Source: a bacterium (GTDB lineage Bacteria > Electryoneota > Electryoneia > Electryoneales > Electryoneaceae). Taken from it: a stretch of 64,000 bases of DNA. A model generated the notes under the pieces. The model was given only the letters and a program-made list of their open reading frames with translations. It did no database searches and was not told the DNA's origin. The stretch is from the NCBI GenBank assembly GCA_963675295.2, contig CAXXKJ010000002.1:2432001-2496000 (forward strand). The letters are read 5' to 3'. The first letter of the stretch is position 1. Each line of letters starts with the position of its first letter. A program made the position numbers and the translations under genes. Shown in pieces: positions 35,910 through 46,578 of this stretch.

Positions 35910-38210
35910 CTAGAACTCAGCACTGACGCCAATTGAGGGCAGCAGGCCGATGGATTCGTCCACGATTGCCCGGTTTTCGCGTTCATCCCAGCGCGGAGCT
36001 CGTTCGTAGGGATTCTGATACACGTTCTGAACGTCAACGTACGCGATCAGGGTCCAACGATCAAAGAACCAGCGGCGGTCAACGCGCACGTCCAGGCTGT
36101 GGTTGATGCCGGTACGTTCGGTGTTGAACTTGGCAGGATCCTGGCTGCCGTCCGGCTCGAACGGGGTGTACGGCGACCCGGTGGCAAGGCGGAACTTGAA
36201 GGAGGTTTCCCAGTGGTTGCTGAAGATGAAGCCGCCGCCAATGTTGAACAGCCAGCGCTGATCGAACGAAGATGGGCGTTCGATCCCGTCCAGCGCGGTG
36301 AAGTAGGTTTCACTCCACGTCAGGCTGGCGATCGCGTAATGCGGATTGTCGCCGGCCCGTTTTTGCGCGAACAGCTCGACACCGCGTGACCAGCCTTCAC
36401 CCGCGCTGACCAACCTGTCGAATCCATACGCCGCGAAACCGTCCTGCGTGCCGCTGTAGCCCGCGCCGGTACTGGCGAGCACCAGCCATGGACGGTCCAG
36501 ACTCGCTGGATAGTTAAAGTAGTCCTTGTAGAATCCTTCGACGCTGACTTTGACATCACTGCGCAACAGGTAATCGACTCCGGCGACCAGTTGGTCGGCA
36601 CCGATCTGCTCCAGCTGCGTGTTCGCCGGTTCGCTGAGCCAGACATAGCTCGGTGCCTGGTGGTAGCGTCCGACGGACAGAGTCAGGTTGCTGCGTGTGG
36701 TCAGCGGATAGAGAGCGGACAGGCGAGGTGAAAACGCGAATCCGTCATCGAGCAGGTCGAAGTAGTCGGCGCGGACACCGCCGGTCAGCCGCAACAGCCC
36801 GAACCGGCGTTCGATCTCGGCGTACGCGGCGGACTTGAATGACGACTGCTGGTACGCTCGGTCAAGGTCCAGCGAACCGCCGTAGGTGTCGTCATAATCG
36901 GGCAGGTCGACGTTGACATCGACAGCGGCGAAGGTTTGCTGAACGCCGGTGGTCAGGCGTGTGTCGTCATCCAGGTCGACCACGACTTCGCCGGTGACCG
37001 TGGTTTCCTGCTCGCGGGAATCGTTGCTGAAGATTTCGGCCAGCAACGTATCGCGCTGAGTGATCTGAAAGTCCTGCAGCGAATGGCTCAGTCCGACGGT
37101 CGAATAGCCCCAGTCGAAGAAGTGCTGCCATTTGAGCCCGCCGAGGGACAGGATCTGGTCGGATTCCGGGACACGGGAATTGTCGTAACGCTGATCGGCG
37201 TCGTCGTTGAGCAGGACGACGTTGTCGAGCGCGGCGATGCCGAGCACGGTAATGCGGTCACGATCGGTCAGTTGATAATCGGTACGCGCGAGGAAGTCCC
37301 AGTATTCCGGCACGAAGGCGAAGCCGGCGGACTTGAAGATGAAATCAAGATAGCTGCGTCGGGCGGAGAAGATGAACGATCCGCGGTCGCCGTCCACCGG
37401 CCCCTCAAGGTTGAGGCCGAACTGGGACGCAGAGATGGTCGCCTTGCCGCCGATGCGGTCGTCACGGCCCTCTCGCAGATCTACCCGCAGTACGCTAGAC
37501 AGCTTATCGCCGTATTCCACGCCGAACCCGCCGGTGGAGAAGGTGGTTTCCTCGATGAAGTCAAGGTTGATAAAGCTCTGCGGGCCGCCGGTTGCACCCT
37601 GGGACCCGTAGTGGTTGATGTTCGGGATTGGGAAGCCGTCCACGATGAACAGGTTTTCGCTCGGCGCTCCGCCGCGCACGATCAGATCGTTCCGTCCCGG
37701 TGAAACCTGCGCGATGCCGGGCAGGATCGAGATTGCGCGGACCACGTCTTCAAAGCCACCAGGCAGACGGCGGATCTCTTCATTGCCCTGTACCACGGTG
37801 CTGATCTGGGTTTCGTCACGTGAAGAGAAGAATCCGGGGGTGAAGGTGACCGTTTCCAGCTCGACGGCGGATGGTTCCAGTTGCACATCGAGTTTGATCG
37901 GACGCGCCGACGAGATCGAGATGTCGGTTTCCACGACCTGCGCGAACCCGACGGCGGAAAACTGGATCGCGTAGACGCCGGGCGGCACGTTGGCCAACTG
38001 GTAGTTGCCATCGAGATCGGAGGCAGTCCCGCGTTCCGTTCCGAGGATCAGGACGTTGGCGCCGGCAATCGGCTCGTTGGTCTTGGCGTCCGTGATGGTG
38101 CCGTGTATCTCACCGGACGGCTGGGCGTGGCCCAGACCGGTGAACCCGGCCAGTAGCAGTGCAAGGAAGACAGGAAAGCGTACGAACGCAGTTGCGAATC
38201 GGGTGTTCAT
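35910..38210 (-). CDS. TonB-dependent receptor with N-terminal carboxypeptidase-regulatory-like domain
   Basis: G.ITDAKTNEPIAGANV...GTASDLDGNY; plug LPG...LIVRGG..SEN...DGFPI.N..H; GGFGVEYGDKLSSV; C-terminal AEF; alternative start 38252. Confidence 0.9.
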   Translation of the reverse strand: MNTRFATAFVRFPVFLALLLAGFTGLGHAQPSGEIHGTITDAKTNEPIAGANVLILGTERGTASDLDGNYQLANVPPGVYAIQFSAVGFAQVVETDISISSARPIKLDVQLEPSAVELETVTFTPGFFSSRDETQISTVVQGNEEIRRLPGGFEDVVRAISILPGIAQVSPGRNDLIVRGGAPSENLFIVDGFPIPNINHYGSQGATGGPQSFINLDFIEETTFSTGGFGVEYGDKLSSVLRVDLREGRDDRIGGKATISASQFGLNLEGPVDGDRGSFIFSARRSYLDFIFKSAGFAFVPEYWDFLARTDYQLTDRDRITVLGIAALDNVVLLNDDADQRYDNSRVPESDQILSLGGLKWQHFFDWGYSTVGLSHSLQDFQITQRDTLLAEIFSNDSREQETTVTGEVVVDLDDDTRLTTGVQQTFAAVDVNVDLPDYDDTYGGSLDLDRAYQQSSFKSAAYAEIERRFGLLRLTGGVRADYFDLLDDGFAFSPRLSALYPLTTRSNLTLSVGRYHQAPSYVWLSEPANTQLEQIGADQLVAGVDYLLRSDVKVSVEGFYKDYFNYPASLDRPWLVLASTGAGYSGTQDGFAAYGFDRLVSAGEGWSRGVELFAQKRAGDNPHYAIASLTWSETYFTALDGIERPSSFDQRWLFNIGGGFIFSNHWETSFKFRLATGSPYTPFEPDGSQDPAKFNTERTGINHSLDVRVDRRWFFDRWTLIAYVDVQNVYQNPYERAPRWDERENRAIVDESIGLLPSIGVSAEF

Positions 38211-38287
38211 ATCGTCTCTGATCGGTGAACGGTCGTAGAATAACTGTTTCATTTAGACGCAGATGCCGGTCAGAAGTTGCCTCGAAA

Positions 38288-39166
38288 TTATCCGATACGG
38301 AATGGCGTGGAGACCGTGCCCTCGAACACCTTCACCGCTTCGCCCTCGAGGATCGCGTATTCCCAGTCCTTGCCGATGGTAACCGCGAGCATGCCGCCCG
38401 GCATGCGGACGGTGACCGGTTCATCGTACGGGAACATGTTCTGCGCTACCGCGGCTCCAACGGCGGCGATGGCGCCGCTACCGCAGGCGAGGGTCGGGCC
38501 GACACCGCGTTCATAGACGACGAGTGCGAGTGTGTCCTCGGCTTCACGGCGCGCAAAACCGACATTCACGCCTTCGGGGAAGATGTCCGTGTGGATCGCC
38601 ATGCGGCTTCCGATCTCGTGAACGTCTTCACCTTCCCACATCTCTGTGTTGAAGAGGACGAAATGCGGATTGCCGACTCCGACGGCGGTGCCATAGAACG
38701 GTTCGGCGAGGCCCGGCACGGAGACAGGCACGTGAATCGTCTTTGCGCCACCCTTGAACTGTGCGTCTTTCGGATCGAAAGAAGGGACCGGCATCGAGAT
38801 CTGGATGCGGTCGTTTTCGACGAATCGTGCCGCGACGATCCCCGCGCCGGTGAGGATGTTGACGCTGTCGGCGTCCTGGATCGGTTCGCCCAGGTCGGCG
38901 AGGTAGCGCATCAGGCAGCGCAGGCCGTTACCACACATCTCAGCGGGGGAACCGTCTGCGTTGAAATAGCCCATGCGGTAGTCGGCGCTACCGGAGTCGC
39001 GCACGGCGACGATGAGGCCGTCCGCGCCGATGCCGTGGTGACGGGTGCACAGGGATGCGATGGTGTCGCTGTCCAGCGCGGACCAGATTCGACGGTCGTC
39101 ATCGAGGTTGTTCACCATGATGAAGTCGTTTCCGGCGCCGTGATATTTGAAAAAGGATAAAGTCAT
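38288..39166 (-). CDS. dapF: Diaminopimelate epimerase
   Basis: FFKYHGAGNDF, GIGADG, FNADGS.AEMCGNG, GNPH, ERGVGPTLACGSG. Confidence 0.96.
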   Translation of the reverse strand: MTLSFFKYHGAGNDFIMVNNLDDDRRIWSALDSDTIASLCTRHHGIGADGLIVAVRDSGSADYRMGYFNADGSPAEMCGNGLRCLMRYLADLGEPIQDADSVNILTGAGIVAARFVENDRIQISMPVPSFDPKDAQFKGGAKTIHVPVSVPGLAEPFYGTAVGVGNPHFVLFNTEMWEGEDVHEIGSRMAIHTDIFPEGVNVGFARREAEDTLALVVYERGVGPTLACGSGAIAAVGAAVAQNMFPYDEPVTVRMPGGMLAVTIGKDWEYAILEGEAVKVFEGTVSTPFRIG

Positions 39167-39172
39167 GAAATC

Positions 39173-39318
39173 GGGCTCTGGGCTTGGGGCTCGGGGGCTC
39201 TTGGTTTTGGCCATAGGCGACAGACTATGGGCTGCAGGCTATGGGAACTGATTACTGACAACTGCACAGTGAATACGGATCGCTACCAACTGTTCACTGA
39301 CAACTGAGCACTGGCAAC
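39173..39318. repeat. Degenerate heptamer repeat tracts
   Basis: GGGCTCT GGGCTTG GGGCTCG; AGGCGAC AGACTAT GGGCTGC AGGCTAT; ACTGATT ACTGACA ACTGCAC; ACTGTTC ACTGACA ACTGAGC ACTGGCA. Confidence 0.7.
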
Positions 39319-39331
39319 ATACCGATTTCCA

Positions 39332-40156
39332 TCATTCCGGTTGCCGCCAACCGCCGGAGACGTCGAGCACCGCGCCGGTCACGTAGGATGACGCGGGCGA
39401 CAGCAGGTACAGGATCGCGTCGGCGATATCTTCGTAGCTGCCGTGGACGCCAAGTGGATGATCGGAACTGGCGTTGGTTTCACGCGCGGTATCGCGATCA
39501 ATATCCTTGTGCACGATGTGGCCGGGCGCGATCACGTTGACGGTAATGCCGTGCTTGACTTCTTCAAGGGCCAGCGTGCGAGCGAGCGCAACGAGGCCGG
39601 CTTTTGCGGCAAGGTGCGGGCCGTGGTCGACCATCGGCGTCGTGTACTGTGCGCCAGCCATGGCCATGCCGATGATCCGTCCACCCTTGCGGGCGAGGCG
39701 GAGGTCCGGCAGGGCGGCTTGAACGCACTCGAAGAAACTGGTCAGGTTGCCGTGCAGCATCGAGTCAAATTCAGCACGCGAATGCTTGCTGATGGGTTTC
39801 CTCACATAGGGTCCGGCGAGATGCAGCAGGCCGTGCACATTGCCGAGGGAGGCGTGAATCCGGGCGACGGCGTCCGAGGCGACATTTTTCTTGCTCAGGT
39901 CGCCGTGGGTGACCAGCGCGGACCCGCCGGCATCGCGGATTTCGTCCACCAGCTTTTCCGCCAGCTTGACGTTCTTGTTCGCGTGCAGGGCGAACTTGAG
40001 GCCGGTAGCTTCATGCAGTTTGCGGCAGATTCCGGGCCCGAGGCCGCCGGAGGCTCCGGTGACCCAGAGGACTCGTCCCTCGAGGCTCGTCAATCCGAAC
40101 GGGTCAGTGTCCGACATCGGCGAACCCGTCGGTCGTCGTATCGCTTTCTTAACCAT
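39332..40156 (-). CDS. Short-chain dehydrogenase/reductase (FabG-like); alternative start 40117
   Basis: VTGASGGLG, GITVNVIAPG, EDIADAILYLLS..SSYVTG..LDVSGG; catalytic motif reads HLAAK. Confidence 0.9.
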   Translation of the reverse strand: MVKKAIRRPTGSPMSDTDPFGLTSLEGRVLWVTGASGGLGPGICRKLHEATGLKFALHANKNVKLAEKLVDEIRDAGGSALVTHGDLSKKNVASDAVARIHASLGNVHGLLHLAGPYVRKPISKHSRAEFDSMLHGNLTSFFECVQAALPDLRLARKGGRIIGMAMAGAQYTTPMVDHGPHLAAKAGLVALARTLALEEVKHGITVNVIAPGHIVHKDIDRDTARETNASSDHPLGVHGSYEDIADAILYLLSPASSYVTGAVLDVSGGWRQPE

Positions 40157-40327
40157 GCACGGAGAGTACGTAGTTTCCCGGCGTACGGCAAGGGGAATGT
40201 GAAATTTCCGTAACCGCTCTCAGGAGTCGAACTTGCCCGCTCGATCTGGTGACCCGATATTCCGCTCATCGTGAGCGGGACGCTCGTTCACATTCCCTCC
40301 CCGACAATTCAGCAGAATGAGGTTTTC

Positions 40328-42343
40328 ATGGCCGCCCAGACGTTTTCCTGGACCGAGCAAGATGAGGTTTCGGTCAACGCGATCCGGATGTTGAGCGCGG
40401 AGATGGTGCAAAAAGCAAACAGCGGCCATCCGGGGATGCCGATGGGGTTCGCCTTGCCAGCGCATCTGCTGTGGACGCGATTCCTCAAGTTCAATCCGGA
40501 TAATCCGTTCTGGCCTGCGCGTGACCGGTTCATCCTCTCCTGCGGGCACGGCAGCGCGTTGTTATACAGCCTGCTGCACCTCGCCGGGTATGACCTCAGC
40601 GTGGATGATTTGAAACAATTTCGCCAGCTCGGAAGCCGTACCCCGGGGCACCCGGAATTTGGTGTCACGCCAGGCGTGGAGACCACAACAGGCCCACTGG
40701 GACAGGGTGTGGGGAACGCAGTCGGGATGGCGATGGCGCAGCGGTACATCCGTGAATCTCTCGGCCATACCGAACAGTTTAACCCACTCGAGCACTATGT
40801 CTATGTGATCGCCAGTGACGGCGATCTGCAGGAAGGCGTCAGCGCGGAAGCGAGCAGCTTGGCCGGTCGGCAGAAACTGGGCCGGTTGATCATGCTGTAT
40901 GATGACAACAGCATCAGCATCGACGGCGGCACCGACATGGCGTGGTCGGAAGACGTCTGCAAGCGTTACGAAGCGTACGGTTGGCACACACAGTCCGTTG
41001 ATGGCGACGACGCGGAGGCGTTGTATTACGCGATCCAGCGGGCGCAGATGGAGATCGACGCACCGTCCCTGATCAAGGTGTCGACGCACATCGGCTACGG
41101 CAGCCCGAACAAGCAGGACTCGCCGTCCTCACATGGCGCGCCGCTGGGTGACGAGGAGCTGAAGCTGACGCGTGAAAAGCTCGGTTGGACGCTGGAACCG
41201 TTCGAGGTGCCGGACGAGGTCTACGAAGTTTACGCCGAAGTGGCGGATCATGGCCGTGATGCGCACGAGGCGTGGCTGCAGAAGCTGGACACGTGGATGG
41301 AGGGGTTGGCTGGCCGCCGTGAGCTGTGGGATCATCTTGTTGGTGGCGGTGACCGTGATTATGTCACCGAAAAGATGCCAACCGATTTCGAGCTCGACAC
41401 TCCGGTCGCAACGCGTGGCGCGTCGGGCAAGGCGTTGAACTTCATCGCTGAGCGCGACCCGGGCGTGATCGGTGGCTGCGCGGACCTCGCGGGATCGGTC
41501 AAGACGATGGTCAAGGGCGATCCATTCCTGCCGGAAATCAAGGGCGGACGCAACATCTTCTTCGGCATCCGTGAACACGGTATGGGCGCGATCGCGAACG
41601 GCATGGCGTTGTACGGCAGTCTGCGCCCGTACACCGGCACCTTCCTGATCTTCAGCGATTACATGCGTCCGTCGATCCGTCTGGCGGGGCTGATGAACCT
41701 GCCGGTGATCTTTGTCTTCAGCCATGACAGCATTGGAGTTGGCGAGGACGGCCCGACGCACCAGCCGGTGGAACATTACGCCGCCCTGCGAGCGATTCCG
41801 AACCTGTGGGTTGTCCGTCCCGGCGACGCGGCGGAGATGATGTACGGCTGGAAGCTGGCGTACGATCGCACGGACGGTCCGACGGCGATCCTGTCCACGC
41901 GTCAGAAGCTGCCAATCATCGACCGCAGCAAATTCGCTTCGGTGGACAATGTGGCGCGCGGCGGGTATGTGCTGGCGGACGCCGACGGTGGCAAGCCAGA
42001 CTTGATCCTGCTCGCGTCTGGCAGTGAGGTGGGGCTGGTGATGCAGGCGTGGGAGACACTGACCGCGGAGGGCGTCAAGGTTCGCGTTGTCAGCATGCCG
42101 TGCTGGGAAGCGTTCGAAGAGCAGGATAACGAGTACAAGCAGTCCGTGTTGCCGCCGGATGTGACGAAGCGGCTGAGTGTCGAGGTCGGTGTGTCGCAGG
42201 GCTGGGAACGGTATGTCGGCACGGACGGCGCATGCATGTCGCTGGATCGGTTCGGCGCGTCCGCACCCGGTGCGAGCCTGTTCAAAAAGTTCGGATTTAC
42301 CGTTGATGCCGTGGTGGAGAAGGCGAAGGCACTGCTCGGCTAG
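40328..42343 (+). CDS. tkt: Transketolase
   Basis: [56 protein letters not shown]. Confidence 0.98.
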   Translation: MAAQTFSWTEQDEVSVNAIRMLSAEMVQKANSGHPGMPMGFALPAHLLWTRFLKFNPDNPFWPARDRFILSCGHGSALLYSLLHLAGYDLSVDDLKQFRQLGSRTPGHPEFGVTPGVETTTGPLGQGVGNAVGMAMAQRYIRESLGHTEQFNPLEHYVYVIASDGDLQEGVSAEASSLAGRQKLGRLIMLYDDNSISIDGGTDMAWSEDVCKRYEAYGWHTQSVDGDDAEALYYAIQRAQMEIDAPSLIKVSTHIGYGSPNKQDSPSSHGAPLGDEELKLTREKLGWTLEPFEVPDEVYEVYAEVADHGRDAHEAWLQKLDTWMEGLAGRRELWDHLVGGGDRDYVTEKMPTDFELDTPVATRGASGKALNFIAERDPGVIGGCADLAGSVKTMVKGDPFLPEIKGGRNIFFGIREHGMGAIANGMALYGSLRPYTGTFLIFSDYMRPSIRLAGLMNLPVIFVFSHDSIGVGEDGPTHQPVEHYAALRAIPNLWVVRPGDAAEMMYGWKLAYDRTDGPTAILSTRQKLPIIDRSKFASVDNVARGGYVLADADGGKPDLILLASGSEVGLVMQAWETLTAEGVKVRVVSMPCWEAFEEQDNEYKQSVLPPDVTKRLSVEVGVSQGWERYVGTDGACMSLDRFGASAPGASLFKKFGFTVDAVVEKAKALLG

Positions 42344-42372
42344 GCTTCTTCCCGGAGTTGATCAACGTCAAG

Positions 42373-42406
42373 AATGCCACGGACCGACATCCGTGGCATT
42401 TGTTTT
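42373..42406 (+). terminator. Terminator after tkt
   Basis: AATGCCACGGA-CCGACA-TCCGTGGCATT followed by TGTTTT. Confidence 0.75.
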
Positions 42407-42454
42407 GGTATCTGGGGTGATGCAGTCGCAGTGTAGATCGAATCAGCAGGAAAC

Positions 42455-42492
42455 CAGATCCTTCATCCGATACGGCTGGATTCAGGATGACA
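42455..42492. repeat. Palindromic element family B, solitary half copy
   Basis: CAGATCCTTCA-(15 nt)-TTCAGGATGACA matches the reverse complement of the arms of the 18352 unit. Confidence 0.7.
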
Positions 42493-42535
42493 CCGTTTGC
42501 CACAGCCCACAACCCGCAGCCCGCAGCCTGAATAC

Positions 42536-43894
42536 CTACCAGTTTATCCGCACGATCTCACCTCGCTGCAGCGCGTCGCCGTTGACGATCATATCCGCAT
42601 CCTGCCCGGTCGTGTCGGGATCGGCCAGATCAGTCGTGGCATCAGCGGAAAGCGCTTTCGCCTGTTCGCCCCATGCCTGCCAGCGTTGCCACAGCTCTCC
42701 ATTCTCGGCTTTAGCGGCATCGGGAACAGAAAGTGCGCCCGCGAGTTTGGCGAAGCGTTTGATGGCATCCTGAGACTTCAGAAGGCGAGACAGAGTCGCT
42801 GGTTTCGCGTCCAGCTTCACGTAAAGGTCGAACTGCTCGGGCTGGTGCGATCCGGTGAGCTGAGTTCCCTCGACGACAACCACGTTCCCCGCCCGCGATC
42901 GCAACGGTTTCCGGTCGCCTGTACTCAAGGGCAGCGACACGTCGATCATGCGGTTGTTCCGATCCCGCAGCAACTCGGACACGGTGTCCCACGGGTACGC
43001 CTGTTGGATCCAGCCGGGGGACGTGTCGGTATCGTGCGCTGGGATGCGCAGATCGTCCATCCGAACCGCAGCCGAGATCACGTTGAGGTCGGTCAGCTCG
43101 TTGAGGATGTGCTGCGTCAATGGGAAGGACAGGGCCGGATGCGGGGAATCGAGCGCGATCACGAACGGCTTGTCCAGCGGACGGAGCTGGTTGGCACGTG
43201 CGGCGATGCGTGCACCCAGTTCCCGCACCGGATTGAACAGGAACAGCAGGTGACGGATATCCTCGACCCAGGTCGCGGTGCCGAACAGTTCGTCACGATT
43301 GCCGTAGCCGTACAATGCCCCGACGGCGGGCAGATCGTTGGCATGCGCGGCATCGACGTCGTAGGCACGGTCGCCGATCACGACCGCTTTGCCGCCCAGT
43401 TCGCGCACCGTATCCGCAATGTGGTCGGCTTTCGTTGACCGTTCCCGATCTCCGATACAGGAGGCACGATCCAGATGTTTGCGGATGTTTTGCGTGTCGA
43501 TCACGGCGTTGAGGTACGGGCTGCCGCAGTTGGATACAAGCGCCAGCTTGTAGCCCCGTCGACGCAGGGTTTCAAGGGTGTGGATGGTGCCGGGGAAGGT
43601 GATGCGCTCGTTCTGCAGTTGCTGGTGTTCTTCCTCGAAAATGATCGCGCGGAAGGCTTCCCAGTCGTCCACATGCCGGTCATCGAGCAGGCTGCGGTAG
43701 AACACGTCCGACGGAGCGCCGATCCCGGCGACGAGCTGTTCGTCGGTCATCTCCGGGGCGGTTTCGCCGTACTGCTGGTAGAAGCGGGTGAGGCCGTTGC
43801 GCAACGACTTCAGCGCAATTTTACCGCTGCTGATGAGCGTGCCATCCATATCGAAGATGAGGGTGCGCACACCCGCGAGATCCGGATGAATCAT
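42536..43894 (-). CDS. HAD-family phosphatase fused to a degenerate uridine-kinase-like domain
   Basis: LIFDMDGTL, LVSN, K, IGDRAYDV HAD motifs; C-terminal part VIALDS...VRMDD...VVVVEG...FDLYVKLD...ADMIV follows the UK/PRK fold order. Confidence 0.8.
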   Translation of the reverse strand: MIHPDLAGVRTLIFDMDGTLISSGKIALKSLRNGLTRFYQQYGETAPEMTDEQLVAGIGAPSDVFYRSLLDDRHVDDWEAFRAIIFEEEHQQLQNERITFPGTIHTLETLRRRGYKLALVSNCGSPYLNAVIDTQNIRKHLDRASCIGDRERSTKADHIADTVRELGGKAVVIGDRAYDVDAAHANDLPAVGALYGYGNRDELFGTATWVEDIRHLLFLFNPVRELGARIAARANQLRPLDKPFVIALDSPHPALSFPLTQHILNELTDLNVISAAVRMDDLRIPAHDTDTSPGWIQQAYPWDTVSELLRDRNNRMIDVSLPLSTGDRKPLRSRAGNVVVVEGTQLTGSHQPEQFDLYVKLDAKPATLSRLLKSQDAIKRFAKLAGALSVPDAAKAENGELWQRWQAWGEQAKALSADATTDLADPDTTGQDADMIVNGDALQRGEIVRINW

Positions 43895-43931
43895 GGTGGA
43901 GTCGTACTCCGGTCAAGGTCTGTTTGAAATG

Positions 43932-43959
43932 AAACAAGCCCGGATGATTCCGGGCTTGT
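43932..43959 (-). terminator. Terminator after the LVIVD lipoprotein
   Basis: ACAAGCCCGGA-TGAT-TCCGGGCTTGT. Confidence 0.65.
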
Positions 43960-43986
43960 GAAGGTACATCATCCAGTACGCAAGTC

Positions 43987-45114
43987 CTAGTACAGCAGAC
44001 GCACGGTTGTCAGCCCGTCCAGTTCCGAGCTGATGATCGCGAGGCCCTCGTCCACGAAGATCAGGTCGGTGGGATTTCGCAGCTCGATCCAATCCATCAG
44101 CACCGGATCGGATGGATCGCTCACGTCGAGGAAGTAGACCCCGTCGAATTCGTCAATCACCGCGAGCCGGTGTTCGTTGATTTCGACTCGGAAGGCGTGG
44201 TCCAGTCCGTCAATCTTCCACGTTGCGACCAGCTCCGGGGTAGTGATGTTGGTGGCGTCGATGACTGACAGGCCGCCGATGCCATCCGCGACGTAGACGT
44301 AGCCGTCTTCGTAAACCAGCCCCTGAGCCTCGCCCGGAGTGTCGATGTCGGACAGCCAGATTCCGTCCTCTTCTTCGACGGCGTCGGAGATGTCGGCAAA
44401 ACCCACACCGTAGTCTTTGAGTCCGACGGCCACGGTGTAAATGTCTTCCATCACGGCGACACCGGCCTCGGCAACACCCGGCCAGTTCAGCGTCATCCGC
44501 TCATCCCAACTCATGACACGGAGGGTGTCCACCGGGAAAACGATTTTATCGGTCGAATCGAGGTACACGTTGAATACCTGGATGCCGTCGGAACCGTCAC
44601 AGACCAGTGTGCGGGCCACGTCCACCAGCGCCCACGGTGCATCCGTGAAGTTGCGGCTTGTCGCCGAATCCTCAAGCGCGAAGCTGAGGATCTCGGTGAC
44701 CCCACCGCTGCCGAACGTCGTCGACAGGTCATTTTCGAGCGAATCGAGGAAGTAAATGATGTTGATGTCACTGAGTGCCACAACAATGGCGTTCACTTCC
44801 GGAATCGCGTTGACCATCTGGGCGCGGTCGCCCGTGTGCAGGACACGGGACAGCACCAGGTTCGTCGGGTCGGAGGCGTCGTAAATGCCGACACCGCCCG
44901 AACGTTCCGCGACATACAGTGTATCACCTTCGAGATCCATATCCATCGCCCAGCCGCGGGTGCTGTAGTGGCCCTTTACATCGTAATAGGATGTTGGACT
45001 TGTGTCGCCACCGCCGTAAGGGGAGGACGGTGATCCGCAGCCGCTGATGAATGCCATCAGCATCAGGCTGAGGAGCAGACCTGGGAGCAGTCGAATCAAA
45101 GTGGTGCCGTTCAT
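43987..45114 (-). CDS. LVIVD-repeat lipoprotein
   Basis: Lipobox FISG-C; LYVA...GVGIYDASDP, YVYVADG.GGLSVIDA, GVYFLDVSDP repeats. Confidence 0.8.
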   Translation of the reverse strand: MNGTTLIRLLPGLLLSLMLMAFISGCGSPSSPYGGGDTSPTSYYDVKGHYSTRGWAMDMDLEGDTLYVAERSGGVGIYDASDPTNLVLSRVLHTGDRAQMVNAIPEVNAIVVALSDINIIYFLDSLENDLSTTFGSGGVTEILSFALEDSATSRNFTDAPWALVDVARTLVCDGSDGIQVFNVYLDSTDKIVFPVDTLRVMSWDERMTLNWPGVAEAGVAVMEDIYTVAVGLKDYGVGFADISDAVEEEDGIWLSDIDTPGEAQGLVYEDGYVYVADGIGGLSVIDATNITTPELVATWKIDGLDHAFRVEINEHRLAVIDEFDGVYFLDVSDPSDPVLMDWIELRNPTDLIFVDEGLAIISSELDGLTTVRLLY

Positions 45115-45143
45115 GGGTGCTTCCTTTGCGCGTGCAATTGCAG

Positions 45144-46571
45144 TCAACGTGAACGTTGCAAAGTAGAATCTTCCTGATTCTCACGCAACCGGAGTCGGCG
45201 CAGAGCACCGATTACGTAGAAACTGCCGGTTGCGACGATCAAGTCATCCGGATGAGCCAGTTCAAACGCCAGGTCAAGCGACTCGTGCAGCATGACCGTC
45301 CGGCACTCAAAGCCGCGTTCGCGCACGATTTCCGCCAGCTCATCCGCTTCCATCGAACGCGGGGATTCGGCGCGGGTTGCGAGCACCAGCCTCGGCGCGG
45401 TGCTGAAGCAGTCAAGGAACTCCTTCGGATGCTTGTCTCGGTTCATGCCGAGGATCAGGATACGCGGACGTTTCGGAAAGATCTCATCGAGCAGGTTGCT
45501 CAACGCTGTCGCGCCCTGATCGGTGTGAGCACCGTCGATCATCAGGGTCGGATTATGGCCGAGGATTTCCCCGCGTCCCGCCCAGCGAGTCTTTGCCAGT
45601 CCGGTGCGTATATCGTCTTCGCTGATGCGGAAGTGACTGTCAAGGTGAAGCCGGTCTGCGGCGGCGACGGCAACAGCGGCGTTCTCCGCCTGGTGCCTGC
45701 CGAGCAGTGGAGTGCGGATGCCGGTGTGGGTACGTGACGGTGTGCTGACAGTGAATTCGGTTCCCTCCGAAGAAACCAACACGTTTTCAATTCGGATTTC
45801 ATGTCCCAGCCGCCAGCATTCGACGCCAACCTCGCGGCAGCGGTCCTCGAGCACACGCAGGGCACTCTCGGGCTGATGAGACACAATCGCCGGACCACCA
45901 GGTTTGATGATCTGGCCCTTGTCGTCCGCGATTTTCTCGACGGTATCGCCCAGGATATGGGTGTGGTCGAGTCCGATCCGTGTGATGATCGACAGCAGGG
46001 GGGAGACGACGTTGGTTGCGTCCAACCGCCCGCCCATGCCCACCTCGACCAGTGCCACGTCAATGTCCGAATGCTGAAAGGTGACGAACGCCAGCGCGGT
46101 CAGCAGTTCGAACACGGTCCGGTAGTTGGCCTGGCTCATGCGTTTGTCGGCAATCGGACGGATATGTTCGTACATCTCGGCGAAACGGTCTCGGGTGAGG
46201 TCATTTCCATCGATACGGATGCGTTCACGGACCTCGACGAGATGCGGCGAGACTGTCATTCCGGTGCTGGCACCCGCCTGCAAAAGGATCGCCTCGAGCA
46301 TCGCTAGCGTTGACCCTTTGCCGCGCGTACCGGTGATGTGCACTGTTGGTTTCGCGAGATGCGGATTGTCCAGTTCGGCGAGAAACGCCCGGTAAGAGTC
46401 GAGCGAGCGATCAACCCGTGCGAAATTGACGGGATCAAGCGCTTCAGTGTTCAGCCTTCCGTAGAGGTGCAACAGGGCGGAGGCGTAACCATCGTGCAGA
46501 GTGAATCCAGCATCAAACTCCGCGGGATGTGTATTCGGTGCGGGCAGTGGGCCGCGGGTGGGTTCGCTCAT
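45144..46571 (-). CDS. folC: Folylpolyglutamate synthase/dihydrofolate synthase
   Basis: HITGTRGKGST, SPHL...RERI, EVGMGGRLDATNV, IGLDHT.ILG, HQAENA, W.GR.E, DGAH, TGSFY. Confidence 0.95.
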   Translation of the reverse strand: MSEPTRGPLPAPNTHPAEFDAGFTLHDGYASALLHLYGRLNTEALDPVNFARVDRSLDSYRAFLAELDNPHLAKPTVHITGTRGKGSTLAMLEAILLQAGASTGMTVSPHLVEVRERIRIDGNDLTRDRFAEMYEHIRPIADKRMSQANYRTVFELLTALAFVTFQHSDIDVALVEVGMGGRLDATNVVSPLLSIITRIGLDHTHILGDTVEKIADDKGQIIKPGGPAIVSHQPESALRVLEDRCREVGVECWRLGHEIRIENVLVSSEGTEFTVSTPSRTHTGIRTPLLGRHQAENAAVAVAAADRLHLDSHFRISEDDIRTGLAKTRWAGRGEILGHNPTLMIDGAHTDQGATALSNLLDEIFPKRPRILILGMNRDKHPKEFLDCFSTAPRLVLATRAESPRSMEADELAEIVRERGFECRTVMLHESLDLAFELAHPDDLIVATGSFYVIGALRRLRLRENQEDSTLQRSR

Positions 46572-46578
46572 GGATAGG

